A stretch of DNA of 64,000 nucleotides from the human T2T-CHM13v2.0 reference genome, Homo sapiens: assembly GCF_009914755.1 (NCBI RefSeq), contig NC_060941.1. One strand, 5' to 3'. Both the position numbers and the translations under genes were made by a program. Of this stretch, positions 52,069 through 64,000 are shown piece after piece. Numbering within the stretch: position 1 is the stretch's first letter; each line of letters starts with the position of its first letter. Below the pieces are notes generated by a model. It was not told the DNA's origin, did no database searches, and saw only the letters and a list, made by a program, of their open reading frames with translations.

Positions 52069-52185
52069 CAAGGACACGTCATCCAGGATGAGCCCAAAGG
52101 TGGCGGCTCGCTCTGTAAGGTCGTCGCTCACCTGCCTGGAGACCAGCTCTCTCTGGGTGATTAGTTCTCCAGCATCAAAGCGAGC
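52069..52185 (-). CDS. PHB1: Prohibitin 1 exon 5 (117 nt)
   Basis: [39 protein letters not shown]; CAG|GCT ... TTG|GTAAGA. Confidence 0.99.
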
Positions 52186-52357
52186 CTGGTTTCAAAGGGA
52201 GGAGCAGAAGGGCAGGTCAGGTTAATGAGGAAGCAGAAAAGGAACCAGGAAACTAGCAGCCACATCCCAACCAACCCACTGCCAAGCGCTTCCTGCCACC
52301 TGGCACCCTCCCAGGGTGGTGCTCTGGGCTCGAGGCTAAAGGCCCCTGTTCACTCAC

Positions 52358-52500
52358 CACCACTGACTTGAGGATCTCAGTTGTGATGGACGGCAGCACA
52401 CGCTCATCATAGTCCTCTCCGATGCTGGTGAAGATGCGAGGAAGCTGGCTGGCGACAGGCCGGAAGAGGATGCGCAGTGTGATGTTGACATTCTGTAAAT
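52358..52500 (-). CDS. PHB1: Prohibitin 1 exon 4 (143 nt)
   Basis: (D)[47 protein letters not shown]; AAG|ATT ... GTG|GTGAGT. Confidence 0.99.
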
Positions 52501-52505
52501 CTTAG

Positions 52506-52697
<192 letters not shown>

Positions 52698-54167
52698 TAG
52701 CTGGGATTACAGGCACGCGCCGCCACACCCAGCTGTTTTGTATTTTTAGTAGAGACAGGGTGTCACCATGTTAGGCTGGTCTCAAACTCCTGACCTCAGG
52801 TGATCTACCTGCCTCAGCCTCCCAAAGTGCTGGGATTACAGGTGTGAGCCACCGCACCTGGCCACAAGTGGTCTTTTATATGACCTCTCCTACTCCAATT
52901 TGCTACAATTTTTATTTATGTATTTTGAGACAGGGTCACATGTTGCCCAGGCTGAAGTGCAGTGGTAAGATCACAGCTCACTGTAGCCGCTTTGACCTCC
53001 TGGGCTCAGTTGATCCTCCCACCTACACCTTCCAAGTAGCTGGGACTACACAGGCACAGACCACCACGCCCAGCTAATCTCTGTACTTTTTGTAGAGCTG
53101 GGGTTTCGCCATATTTCCCAGGCTGGTCTCAAACTCCTGGGCTCAAGTGATCCAACTGCCTCAGCCTCCCAAAATGCTAGAATTACAGGTGTGAGCCATT
53201 ACGCCTGGCAATTTTTATTTTTTATTTTTAGAGACAAGGTCTTGCTATGTGGCCCAGGCTAGACTCAAGCTCCTGAGCTTAAGCATTTCTCCTGCCTCAG
53301 CCTCTTGAGTAGCTGACACGCACCACTGTGCCTGGCTCCAAATTTGCTACAATTTATAAGCAAATCTGCTGATTATAAGATCCCAGAGGGCAAGGTGCAG
53401 GTATGCCTGGTTTCCTTGGCAGAGAACCCAATAGAGCATCATAAAGAGTTTATAATTTCTTAAGAGGCTTCAGTGATAGCAGCTTTTTGGTATCCCCTGA
53501 ATGCCCTCAGATATACATAATTCAGATTATATGTCTAACAGGTGCCATGCAAAGTTTGCAACACTGAACATTTTAAGACAATAGACAGGGCAATGCTAAG
53601 AATTGTAGGGTGAGGCCTTTACATGCTCTGGTGATTGTGGCCAAGTCAGGAGTCAGCCTTGGAGAGGTTAGTTCGGGTCTGGTGGAAACGGTGTTAGACT
53701 ATCAGTCCAAAGATCTGGGCTATTTACTAATGATGTGGCCTCTCTAAGCCTTAGCCAACCTGAGCTTATTTCCCTGTCTATGAGAATGGGGACAATTTCA
53801 TTTGCTTTCTGGGCCTTGCGGAAATGTTGGGGAAAATTGAAGGAGAAAACAGACGTAAAAGCACTCTGTCAAATGTGTAACACATATAAGGGGTTAACAG
53901 ACTGATCCTATGTTCTGCTTCTCATTACTTGGACCATTTAAAGGATCCAGGGAGAGAATTATACTTTCCCCTGGACAATTCAGGCCTGCCTGGAGCCAAA
54001 GCACTGTCACGGCTTGCTTACAGATGTCAACAATATGGACCAAGCGCCCATGAGACAGCCCTGAACTGGGCACCAAGAGAGGTGGGCAATGTATTAATAC
54101 CTACAACTCCCTGATCTCTGGAAGCTCCTATCAATAGTTTTAGAAATAGGTACATAATGTATCCTGA

Positions 54168-54443
<276 letters not shown>

Positions 54444-54704
54444 TGAACTCCTGACCTCAGGTGATCCACCTGCCTCAGCCTCCCAAATTGCTGGGATTAC
54501 AGGCATGAACCACCGCACCCAGCCATAAGTGGGTATTTCTAAGATTCCATATCAAGCTCTCCAGGGCAAGTAGTCTAGTCATTCCTATGATGTACAGTTC
54601 AAACTCTTTTGGATCCTGGTATCCCACAGATGCTCCTGTGACACAGAAGAACAGAGCACCTCTTCCACACTCCCTACTTTACCTGAACCATAGGCAAGAC
54701 TCAC

Positions 54705-54866
54705 CTTTGCTACCAGTGATGACTGGCACATTACGTGGTCGAGAACGGCAGTCAAAGATAATTGGTTTCTGTACCCACGGGATGAGAAAATGAGTCCCTT
54801 CCCCTACCACAATGTCCTGCACTCCACGGAATCGGTCAAAGATGACAGCTCTGTGCCCAGCATCCA
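54705..54866 (-). CDS. PHB1: Prohibitin 1 exon 3 (162 nt)
   Basis: (V)[53 protein letters not shown]; TAG|TGG ... AAG|GTGAGT. Confidence 0.99.
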
Positions 54867-56203
54867 CTAGGAAGAAAGGACAATGACATGTCATAAAAAT
54901 CCTCTCATCCTTTAAACAAAAGGATCATGTCTTTGAAAGAGCCCTGGTGCTTTCTGTTCACTTATTAAGTCTCCCCTCTTCTCTCTGTCTTCCCCAACTC
55001 CTGGTCTCTAGAGACTTCTAACTAGCTGCAAAACTAAGCAGTCACTTCCTGTTCCACATGTCCCCAAGGATTGGTAATAGGACCTGTTCCTTAGCATCCT
55101 TTCTCCTTGAGGGAACTGGCTGTTGATTTTCTGAATGACCATTCTATCCCTGAACTCCCACCAACATATTTCCAGGAATCATCTACCAAAACTTCTAAAA
55201 CTCAGTGAGGTCTTCCCAGTTACCACATATCCATCGGGCTCCAATTTAACCTAGTGCTCCCAGAAGTAGCACCCTCATTATGGGAATCCTACATTTCGAA
55301 GAGCCTACTCTTTCTTCCTAATAGCTCTGTTTCGCTAAAGTTTTAAGGGGTTATAGAGCTGTCTTGGCACAGAGAGAAATTTATGATGGCAATTTCTGTC
55401 TAGTTGCAGATGTGGCCAAAAGGATCACAGTACTGCTAAGATGTGTCATATAAGCCAAGCAGGCTTTTCTAATCAGCTGCCTCTCTGAACTTTATCATTG
55501 GTCCAAATATCTTCACTCTGAAAGTAAAGCTCCTCTTGTCAGCCAGCCACACACCGGATGGGTCAATCTATTGCTGCTTTGCAGCATGTGAAAGTGTCAG
55601 AATGTCAGAATTAAAGGAGGTCCTACAGATAAAGTCAGGTCAAATCCATTGCTTGACCAATGAGGAAGCTTCCACAGTAAAGTGGAAGAAAAGCCAGCTT
55701 AACCTCCCTCCTACACTGTTAAAAGCTGGGCAATGCATCTCAAAGATACTTTCTCTGAAACTACCCAAATTCAGCACAGCAAAAGTTCCTGTTCAGGACA
55801 AGGTCACCCAAACAGATCTGCAGCCTTTGCTGTTATTCCACATGCAAGCAGAGGAGAACAAATGAGATCTCCATTTCAGATAGCCAGGGAAATCCAGACA
55901 CTGTGCGGCAGCATTTGGGTGGTGCGGCTTCACTTCACCTTGACAGAAGCCACTGGACACATCCAACTAGGAAGTGGGCTGGGAAGCTCTTTTTGAATAC
56001 AGGCTCTGAGAGAACCTATGACTGAAAGGTCAGGGGCTCTGATAACAATGCAGTCCTGTGGTATGAAATGGCAGGAGGTGAGCCCTCTTGGCCACAAACA
56101 CATTCACTGACGGCAGCTACCATCAAGAGTGTCACATGGGCTATGCAGACCAACAGAAAACTCCTAGGAAAGTGCAGTGACCCACTGTCCCTCCATGCCT
56201 CAC

Positions 56204-56291
56204 CATTATATAAGGCAGAGTTCACCACGCCTCCTGCAACAGCTAAGGCCAGGCCAAACTTGCCAATGGACTCAAACACTTTGGCAGCCAT
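56204..56291 (-). CDS. PHB1: Prohibitin 1 exon 2 coding part (88 nt; exon begins at 56318)
   Basis: [29 protein letters not shown]; Kozak AACATGG; donor ATG|GTGAGG. Coding parts sum to 88+162+143+117+96+213=819 nt (272 aa + stop). Confidence 0.99.
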
Positions 56292-56480
56292 GTTTCCTTC
56301 TGCTGGACCCTCTCACACCTAAGGGGATAAAAACAAAATACAATCAAACTTGATGCCAAATCCTCAGAGAAGGCCCTCTCTGACACACAACAGTCACTTT
56401 TCAACCTGGCTATTTATTTCCCCATTCCTGAAAGTGCTAAATCATCCATTGAAGGATACCTAATAAATAATGCTTTATAG

Positions 56481-56864
<384 letters not shown>

Positions 56865-57860
56865 TAAGGTGTCTGGGACACTTGGTTCAATAATGAAAAC
56901 AATGCATGGGCTTGAAATCCACAGAGAACTTAGCACCACACTAAACCACCCTCTCATTTCCTGGACAAGTAGGCCCCCAAAAAGAGGCTGTGAGGTTAGA
57001 TTGGTGCAATTATGGTTTGAAAAAAATAACTTAAAAAATGTGCTACATGTTGATGCCAACAAAAAAAGTAACCGTAACAGCTAACACTTATATCAGGTAG
57101 CCTAATAAAAGCAATTTATTTACTTCTCACAATTACCCTATGAAGCATATTACTACAGAGGAAACAGAGGCACACAGAGAGGTTACATGAGAAGCCGAGA
57201 TTGCAGTTATTAAGTGGTAGAACCAGAATTAGAACCCAGAGGTCTAATGCTAGCAGACACAGCTTACCTCCTCACCATACTGCTTGTCAACATCGTGTAT
57301 TAAGAACGACATGCTTCTTATGGAAGCAGGAGCTGGATGACATCCTGGGGCCAAGATAACTGAAGAACCCATTTGGGAGAAAGGCTCTAACTAGCTGCAC
57401 AGGGACAGTGAGCTCTGGAATAACTGGGAGGGTGGGGCTGAGGCGGGGTGGGCATAAGCACAGTTGACCTAACTAGAAATCACGCCAGCATGTAACTTTC
57501 TAACGCTCCGCCCCACCGTCGTTGCCCGCTCCAGTCTCAAATCCTCCCTCCCTACTTCCCAGACCTCAACTCCTGAGACTACCCTGATCTCGTCCAGTGC
57601 ATTTAAATCTTCCTTCTCTGAGGCTGGGACACCCGGCCCTTTACATTTGTAATAGCTTCTGGATTATTCCTCACCCTGCCTCCATGGACACCTCCCTTAC
57701 TCTGAGCAACCCCTGGCTCGTCCCGGGCTCAGCCCCTTCTCCCCTCCCTCACAAGTCGGACTCACGCACGCACTCTCCTCGCCCAAAGTGCACATCATGG
57801 AGCAGAGGAGGACTGCAGAGATGCCCAGAAACGAGCCTTTGCCGCCCCCTCCATTCTCAC

Positions 57861-57906
57861 CTGCTTCCACTCTGACCTCCACATGAATTCCCCAACCACA
57901 CATACT
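57861..57906 (-). other. PHB1: PHB1 non-coding exon 1 (TSS approximate)
   Basis: AGTATGTGTGGTTGGGGAATTC...GGAAGCAG|GTGAGA; strong donor, matches the recalled PHB1 mRNA 5' end. Confidence 0.85.
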
Positions 57907-58250
57907 GCGCATGAGCTCCTCTGCCCCGCCCGCTTTCCAAGATCCACGCTTCCTATTGGTGTGGAAGAGCGCTGTGAGTTCTGGGAAGGGTGGCTTAGAA
58001 CCTCACCCTGGTTCTGCGGCTCTTAGCAGATGAACTACAACTCCCAAAAGGCTATGCAGCGGCGGGCCCGCGGAGAAAAGCGTTTTCTCTTTGGTGATCA
58101 ACGCGAGGATGTTGCCGCAAAGCCTTTTGGGGGCTGTAGTTTTCTGGGGCTAAATGCACGTGCCTATCCTGTACAGAGGCTAAGACTGCCGCAAGGAGAG
58201 CCTTAGGGCTCCGGGAAAGAGGAGGTGGGCGTCCAGCTGGTGGCAAAAAT
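57900..58250 (-). promoter_or_regulatory. PHB1: PHB1 TATA-less promoter
   Basis: NRF1-like TGCGCATGAGC at 57906, GC box 57924-57931, CCAAT (minus) 57955-57959, STAT-type TTCTGGGAA 57979-57987, ACTACAACTCCCA 58034-58046, E-box CACGTG 58157-58162. Confidence 0.85.
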
Positions 58251-58758
58251 GAGTAGGGGCAAGTTCATGGCTGATGAAGAGGACAGGTGGAACTCTGGAG
58301 GAAGTCGTGGTGAAATCACCGGCAGGCTGAGACCCTTTGGGGGAAACGAAGGGCCGTCTTCCTTCCAAAGCCCTGTCTGCAAACGTCCTCAGAGTTGTGA
58401 GACGTTGATTACCAGACCCAGAGAGAACCATCTGTGCTGAAAAACTGAGACCAACCGAGAGGAAGGAATTCATTCAGGGTCATGCACCGAGTGAGAAAAG
58501 GGGCTCGGCTTGGAATCCAGGTCCCCTAGACATGATTTTAGAGAAACGTTTTATTTGGAAAAGTTGCAAGAATAGGGCAAAAGAACGCACGTTAAACTTT
58601 GGCTCAGATTCACCTATTGTTAACAATTTGCTTCATTTGTTTTATCATTTGTTTCTTACCTCTCCCCTCCTCCTCCCTGCCGCCACTCCGCCGCCCCACC
58701 TCCGTGTGCGTGTGTGTTTATTTTCTTGTTTTTGTTTTGTTTTGTTGTTTGTTTTTGA

Positions 58759-58872
<114 letters not shown>

Positions 58873-59757
58873 TGAGATTACAGGCATGCACCACCACACC
58901 CGGCTAATTTTTTATTTTTGTAGAGACGGGGTTTCTCCATGTTGGTCAGGCTGGTCTCGAACTCCCGACCTAGGTGATCCACCCGCCTCGGCCTCCCAAA
59001 GTGGTGGGATTACAGGCATGAGCCACCGCGCTCAGCTCTCATTCTAGTTTTTACCTCTATAAGATCAACTCTTTTAGCCCCCACATAGGAATAAGAACGT
59101 GAGGGCTGGGCGTGGTGGTCACGCCTGTAATCCCAGCACTTCGGGAGGCCAAGGACAGAGGATTGCTTTAGCCTAGGAGTTTGAGACTAGCCTGGGCAAC
59201 AAATTGAAACCCTGTCTCTACAAAAATAAAAATAAAAAGTACCTGGATGTGGTGGCATGTACCTGTAGTTCCACCTATTCGGGAGCCAAGGTGGGAGGAT
59301 TGCTTGAGCCTGGGAGGTCAAGGCTGCAGTGAGCTGTGACTGTGCCACTGCACTGCAGCCTGGGTGACAGAGCGAGACCTTGTCTCAAAAAAAAAAAAAA
59401 AAAAAAAAAAAGTATGGTCATTTTTAACAATATTAATTCTTCCAATCCACCAATCCATGAACACGAGATGTCTTTCCATTTGTTTGTGTCCTCTTCAGTT
59501 TCTTTCATCAGTGTTTTGTAGTTTTTATTGTAGAGGTCTTTTTCCTCCTTGATTAAATTTTTTCCTAGGTAGTAGGGTTGCTTTCTTGATTTCTCTTTCA
59601 GCTAATTCCTTATTGGTGTACAGAAATGCTAGTTTTTGTATAATGATTTTTTATCCTGCAACTTTACTGAATGTATCAGTTATAAGAGATTTTTGGTGAA
59701 ATCTTTAGATTTTTCTATATACTAGGTATCATGTCATCTTCAAAGGGGGCAATTTGA

Positions 59758-59876
59758 TTTTTTTTTTTTTTAAGACTACTCAAGTGCAGTAGTGAGAAGT
59801 GGGGAAAGAGTAGAACAAGGAGTTCAATCTGTAACTTACTGTGAGATTGAGATAACTCACTACATTCGCACTGGCC
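59758..59876 (-). pseudogene. Y1 RNA (RNY1-like) retropseudogene
   Basis: Minus strand GGCCAGTGCGAATGTAGTGAGTTATCTCAAT..CACAGTAAGTTACAGATTGAACTCCTTGTTCTACTCTTTCCCCACTTCTCACTACTGCACTTGAGTAGTCTT + poly(A) matches hY1 with a small internal deletion; short TSD TGA(C/T)TT. Confidence 0.92.
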
Positions 59877-59962
59877 TGACTTCCTTTTTTCCAATTTGGA
59901 TGCCTTTTATTTCTTTCTCTTGCCTGGTTGCTCTGGCTAAGACTTCAGTACTATGTGGATTA

Positions 59963-60259
<297 letters not shown>

Positions 60260-61441
60260 TCAAATAAATAAATAAATAAATAAATAAATAAGTAATGAAA
60301 GTGGGCATCTTTGCCTTCTTCTAGTTCTTAGAAGAAAGGCATTCCTCTATTCCCCCATTCAATATGATGATAGCTGTGGGTTTGTCATTTATGGAGTTTA
60401 TTATGTTGAGATATGTTTCTTCTATGCCTAATTTGTTGAGAATATTTATCCGAAGGATGTTTAATTTTATCAAGTGCTTTTTCTGCATCTATTGAGATGA
60501 TCATATGGTTTTTGTCCTTCATTCTGCTGATGTGATGTATCCGCGGTTATTGATTTATGTATGTTGAACCGTCTTTGCATTTCTGGAATAAATCCCACTT
60601 GATCATGGTGTATTATCCTTTTGATGTGCTGTTGGATTTTGTTTACTAGTATTTAGTTGAGGATTTTTGCATCGATGTTCATCAAGGATATTGGCCTGCT
60701 GTTTTCTTTTTTTGTTGTGTTTTTGTCTGATTTTGGTGTCAGGGTAATTCTGGCCTTATAGAATGAGTTAGGAAGAATTTCTTCCTCTTCAGTTTTTTTG
60801 GAATAGTTTGAGAAAATTGGTATTATTTCTTCTTTATAAGTTTGGTAGAATTTAGCAGTGAAGCCATCTGTTCCTGGGCTTTTCTGTTTTGGGAGACTTT
60901 TTATCACTAATTCAATTTCATCACTCGTCATGGGTCTTTTCAAGTTTTCTGTTTCTTCCTGGTTCAATATTTGTAGGTTGTATGTGTCCAGTTATCCATT
61001 TTCTCTAGGTTTTCCAATTTTTTCATGTGTAGTTGTTCATAATAGTCTCTGATGAATTATTGTATGTCTCTGGAAACAGTTGTAATGTCTCATTTTTTAT
61101 TTCTGATTTTATTTATTTGGGTCTCCTCTCTTTTCTTCTTGTTGAGTCTAACTAGCAGTTTATTGATTTTGTTTATCCATTGAAACAAACAATGTCTAAT
61201 TTCATTGATTAAATTTTTTTCACTCTCTGTTTTGTTTTGCTATGCTGTAATCGTTATTATTCTTTTCCTTCTCCTAATTTTGGGTTTGGTTTGTTCTTGC
61301 TTTTCTAGTTCCTTGCGGAGCATTGTTAGGTTGTTTATTTGAAAACTTTCTAGTTTTTTGATGTAGGTGCTTATTGCTATCAATGTCTGTCTTAGCACTG
61401 CTTCTGTTGTATCCTATATATTTTGGTATGTTGTGTTTCCA

Positions 61442-61473
<32 letters not shown>

Positions 61474-61817
61474 TTGAGATGGAGTTTTGCTCTTGCTGCC
61501 CAGGCTTGAGTACAATGGCGTGATCTTGGCTCACCGCAACCTCCGCCTCTCGGGTTCAAGCCATTCTCCTGCCTCAGCCTCCTGAGTAGCTGTGATTACA
61601 GGCATGCACCACCATGCCTGGCTAATTTTGTATTTTTAGTAGAGACAGGGTTCCTCCATGTTGGTCAGGCTGGTCTCAAACTCCCAGTCTCAGGTGATCC
61701 GCCCACTTCAGCCTCCCAAAGTACTGAGATTACAGGCATGAGCCACAGCACCCGGCCTGTGTTTCCATTTTCATTTGTTTCAATAAATTTTTTTTTTGAT
61801 GTTTTACCCAATAATGA

Positions 61818-61820
<3 letters not shown>

Positions 61821-61857
<37 letters not shown>

Positions 61858-63524
61858 GTATTTATTGATCATTCTTGGGTGTTTCTCGGAGAGGGGGATG
61901 TGGTGGGGTCATAGGATAATAGTGGAGAGAAGGTCAGCAGATAAACACGTGAACAAAGGTCTCTGGTTTTCCTAGGCAGAAGTCCCCGTGGCCTTCCGGC
62001 CTTCCGCAGTGTTTGTGTCCCTGGGTACTTGAGATTAGGCAGTGGTGATGACTCTTAACGAGCATGCTGCCTTCAAGCATCTGTTTAACAAAGCACATCT
62101 TGCACTGCCCTTAATCCATTTAACCCTGAGTTGACACAGCACATGTTTCAGAGAGCACGGGGTTGGGGGTAAGGTTATAGATTAACAGCATCCCAAGGCA
62201 GAAGAATTTTTCTTAGTACAGAACAAAATGGAGTCTATGTCTACTTCTTTCTACACAGACACAGTAACAATCTTATCTCTCTTTCTTTTCCCCACATTTC
62301 CCCCTTTTCTTTTTGACAAAACTGCCATCGTCATCATGGCCCGTTCTCGATGGTCGCTGTCTATTCGGAGCTGTTGGGTACACCTGCAGAAAGGCTGTCA
62401 CTTCACACTTGGAAGATTGCACAGCGGCCAGGCAGAGGCGCTTCTCACTTCCCAGACAGGGCAGCCGGGCAGAGGCGCTCCTCATTTCCCAGATGGGGCG
62501 GCCGGGCAGAGGCGCTCCTCACTTCCCAGATGGGGTGGCCGGGCAGAGGCGCTCCTCACTTCCCAGACGAAGGGTGGCCGGGCAGAGGTGCTCCTCACAT
62601 CCCAGATGGGGTGGCCAGGCAGAGGCGCTCCCCACTTCCCAGATGGGGTGGTGGCCGGGCAGAGGCGCTCCTCACATCCCAGATGGGGCGGCCGGGCAGA
62701 GGCGCTCCTCACCTCCCAGATGGGGCGGCTGGGCAGAGGCGCTCCCCACTTCCCAGATGGGGTTGCGGCCGGGCAGAGGCACTCCTCACATCCCAGACGG
62801 GGCGGCCGGGCAGAGGCGCTCCCCACTTCCCAGATGGGGTGGCGGCCGGGCAGAGGCGCTCCTCACATCCCAGATGGGGCGGCCGGGCAGAGGCTCTCCT
62901 CACTTCCCAGACGACGGGCGGCCAGGCAGAGGTGCTCCTCACCTCCCAGGTGGGCCAGCCGGGCAGAGGCGCTCCTCACTTCCCAGATGGGGCGGCCAGG
63001 CAGAGGGGCTCCTCACATCCCAGACAATGGGCAGCCAGGCAGAGAGGCTCCTCGCTTCCTAGACGGGGTGGTGGCCGGGCAGAGGCTGTAACCTTAGCAC
63101 TTTGGGAGGCCAAGGCAGGTGGCTGGGAGGTGAAGGTTGTAGCGAGCCGAGATCACGCCATTGCACTCCAGCCTGGGCAACATTGAGCATTGAGTGAGCA
63201 AGACTCCGTCTGCAATCCCAGCACCTCGGGAGGCCGAGGCGGGCAGATCACTCAAGGTCAGGAGCTGGAGACCAGCCCGGCCAACAGGGCGAAACCCCGT
63301 CTCCACCAAAAATACAAAAACCAGTCAGGCGTGGGGGTGCGTGCCTGCAATCCCAGGCACTCGGCAGGCCGAGGCAGGAGAATCACGGGAGCCCGAGGCA
63401 GGGAGGTTGCAGCGAGCCGAGATCACGGCAGTACAGTCCAGCCTCGGCAACAGAGGGAGACCGTCAAAAGAAAGAAAGAGAGAAAGAGAGAAGGAAAGGA
63501 AGAAAAGGAAGGAAGGAAGGAAGG

Positions 63525-63555
<31 letters not shown>

Positions 63556-63556
63556 A
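61821..63556 (-). mobile_element. SVA retrotransposon, old (SVA_A-like), near full length
   Basis: Poly(A) 61821-61856, SINE-R ~61857-62420, GC-rich ~37-40 bp VNTR ~62425-63088, Alu-like domain ~63090-63464, simple-repeat head ~63465-63556. Confidence 0.93.
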
Positions 63557-63691
63557 CATTTTTTGATATCCTTCTTAATTTGTTCATTGACCCAATGGTC
63601 ATTTAAGAGTATGTTGTTGGCCAGGCGCGATGGCTCATGCCTATAATCCCAGCAGTTTGGGAGGCTGACATGGGTGGATCACTTGAGGTCA

Positions 63692-63913
<222 letters not shown>

Positions 63914-64000
63914 TTAATTAATTAAATAAAAAATGGGCCAGGCATGCTGGTTCATGCCTGTAATCCCAGCACTTTGGGAGGCCAAGGCTGGTGGATCACC

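Noticed and set aside
56995-57065. Possible MADE1/mariner MITE (TTAGATTGGTGCAA)
   Set aside because: Only one partial TIR-like match and no convincing second end.
60653-60967. Reverse-transcriptase-like ORF as an active element
   Set aside because: Frameshifted fragment of an old L1 broken by several insertions.
62228-63186. 250-290 aa repetitive ORFs and a CRISPR-like periodic array
   Set aside because: This is the SVA VNTR; units are near-identical with no unique spacers.

Overview
Primate genomic DNA that matches my recollection of human 17q21.33. The left end holds the CpG-island promoter, two candidate non-coding first exons and part of intron 1 of a minus-strand gene, assigned to ZNF652 by synteny. 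About 41 kb of Alu-dense intergenic DNA follows, with MaLR/ERV1 LTRs, DNA-transposon relics, a decayed C2H2 zinc-finger fragment and an RPL21 processed pseudogene. The complete minus-strand prohibitin gene (PHB1) comes next: 7 exons, all GT-AG junctions checked, an 819-nt CDS (272 aa) and two poly(A) signals. Upstream of PHB1 is an old L1 carrying nested Alus, a Y1 RNA pseudogene and an SVA. I see no new protein-coding system; almost all listed ORFs are Alu, VNTR or CpG-island artefacts. The best leads are a site hit by five serial same-orientation retroinsertions sharing one target-site motif (one insert is a non-Alu polyadenylated fragment), an SVA with a non-canonical head and extra 3' sequence, uATGs in both ZNF652 first exons, an inverted ZNF143/THAP11-type motif pair at the PHB1 promoter, and an in-frame cryptic donor in PHB1 exon 5.
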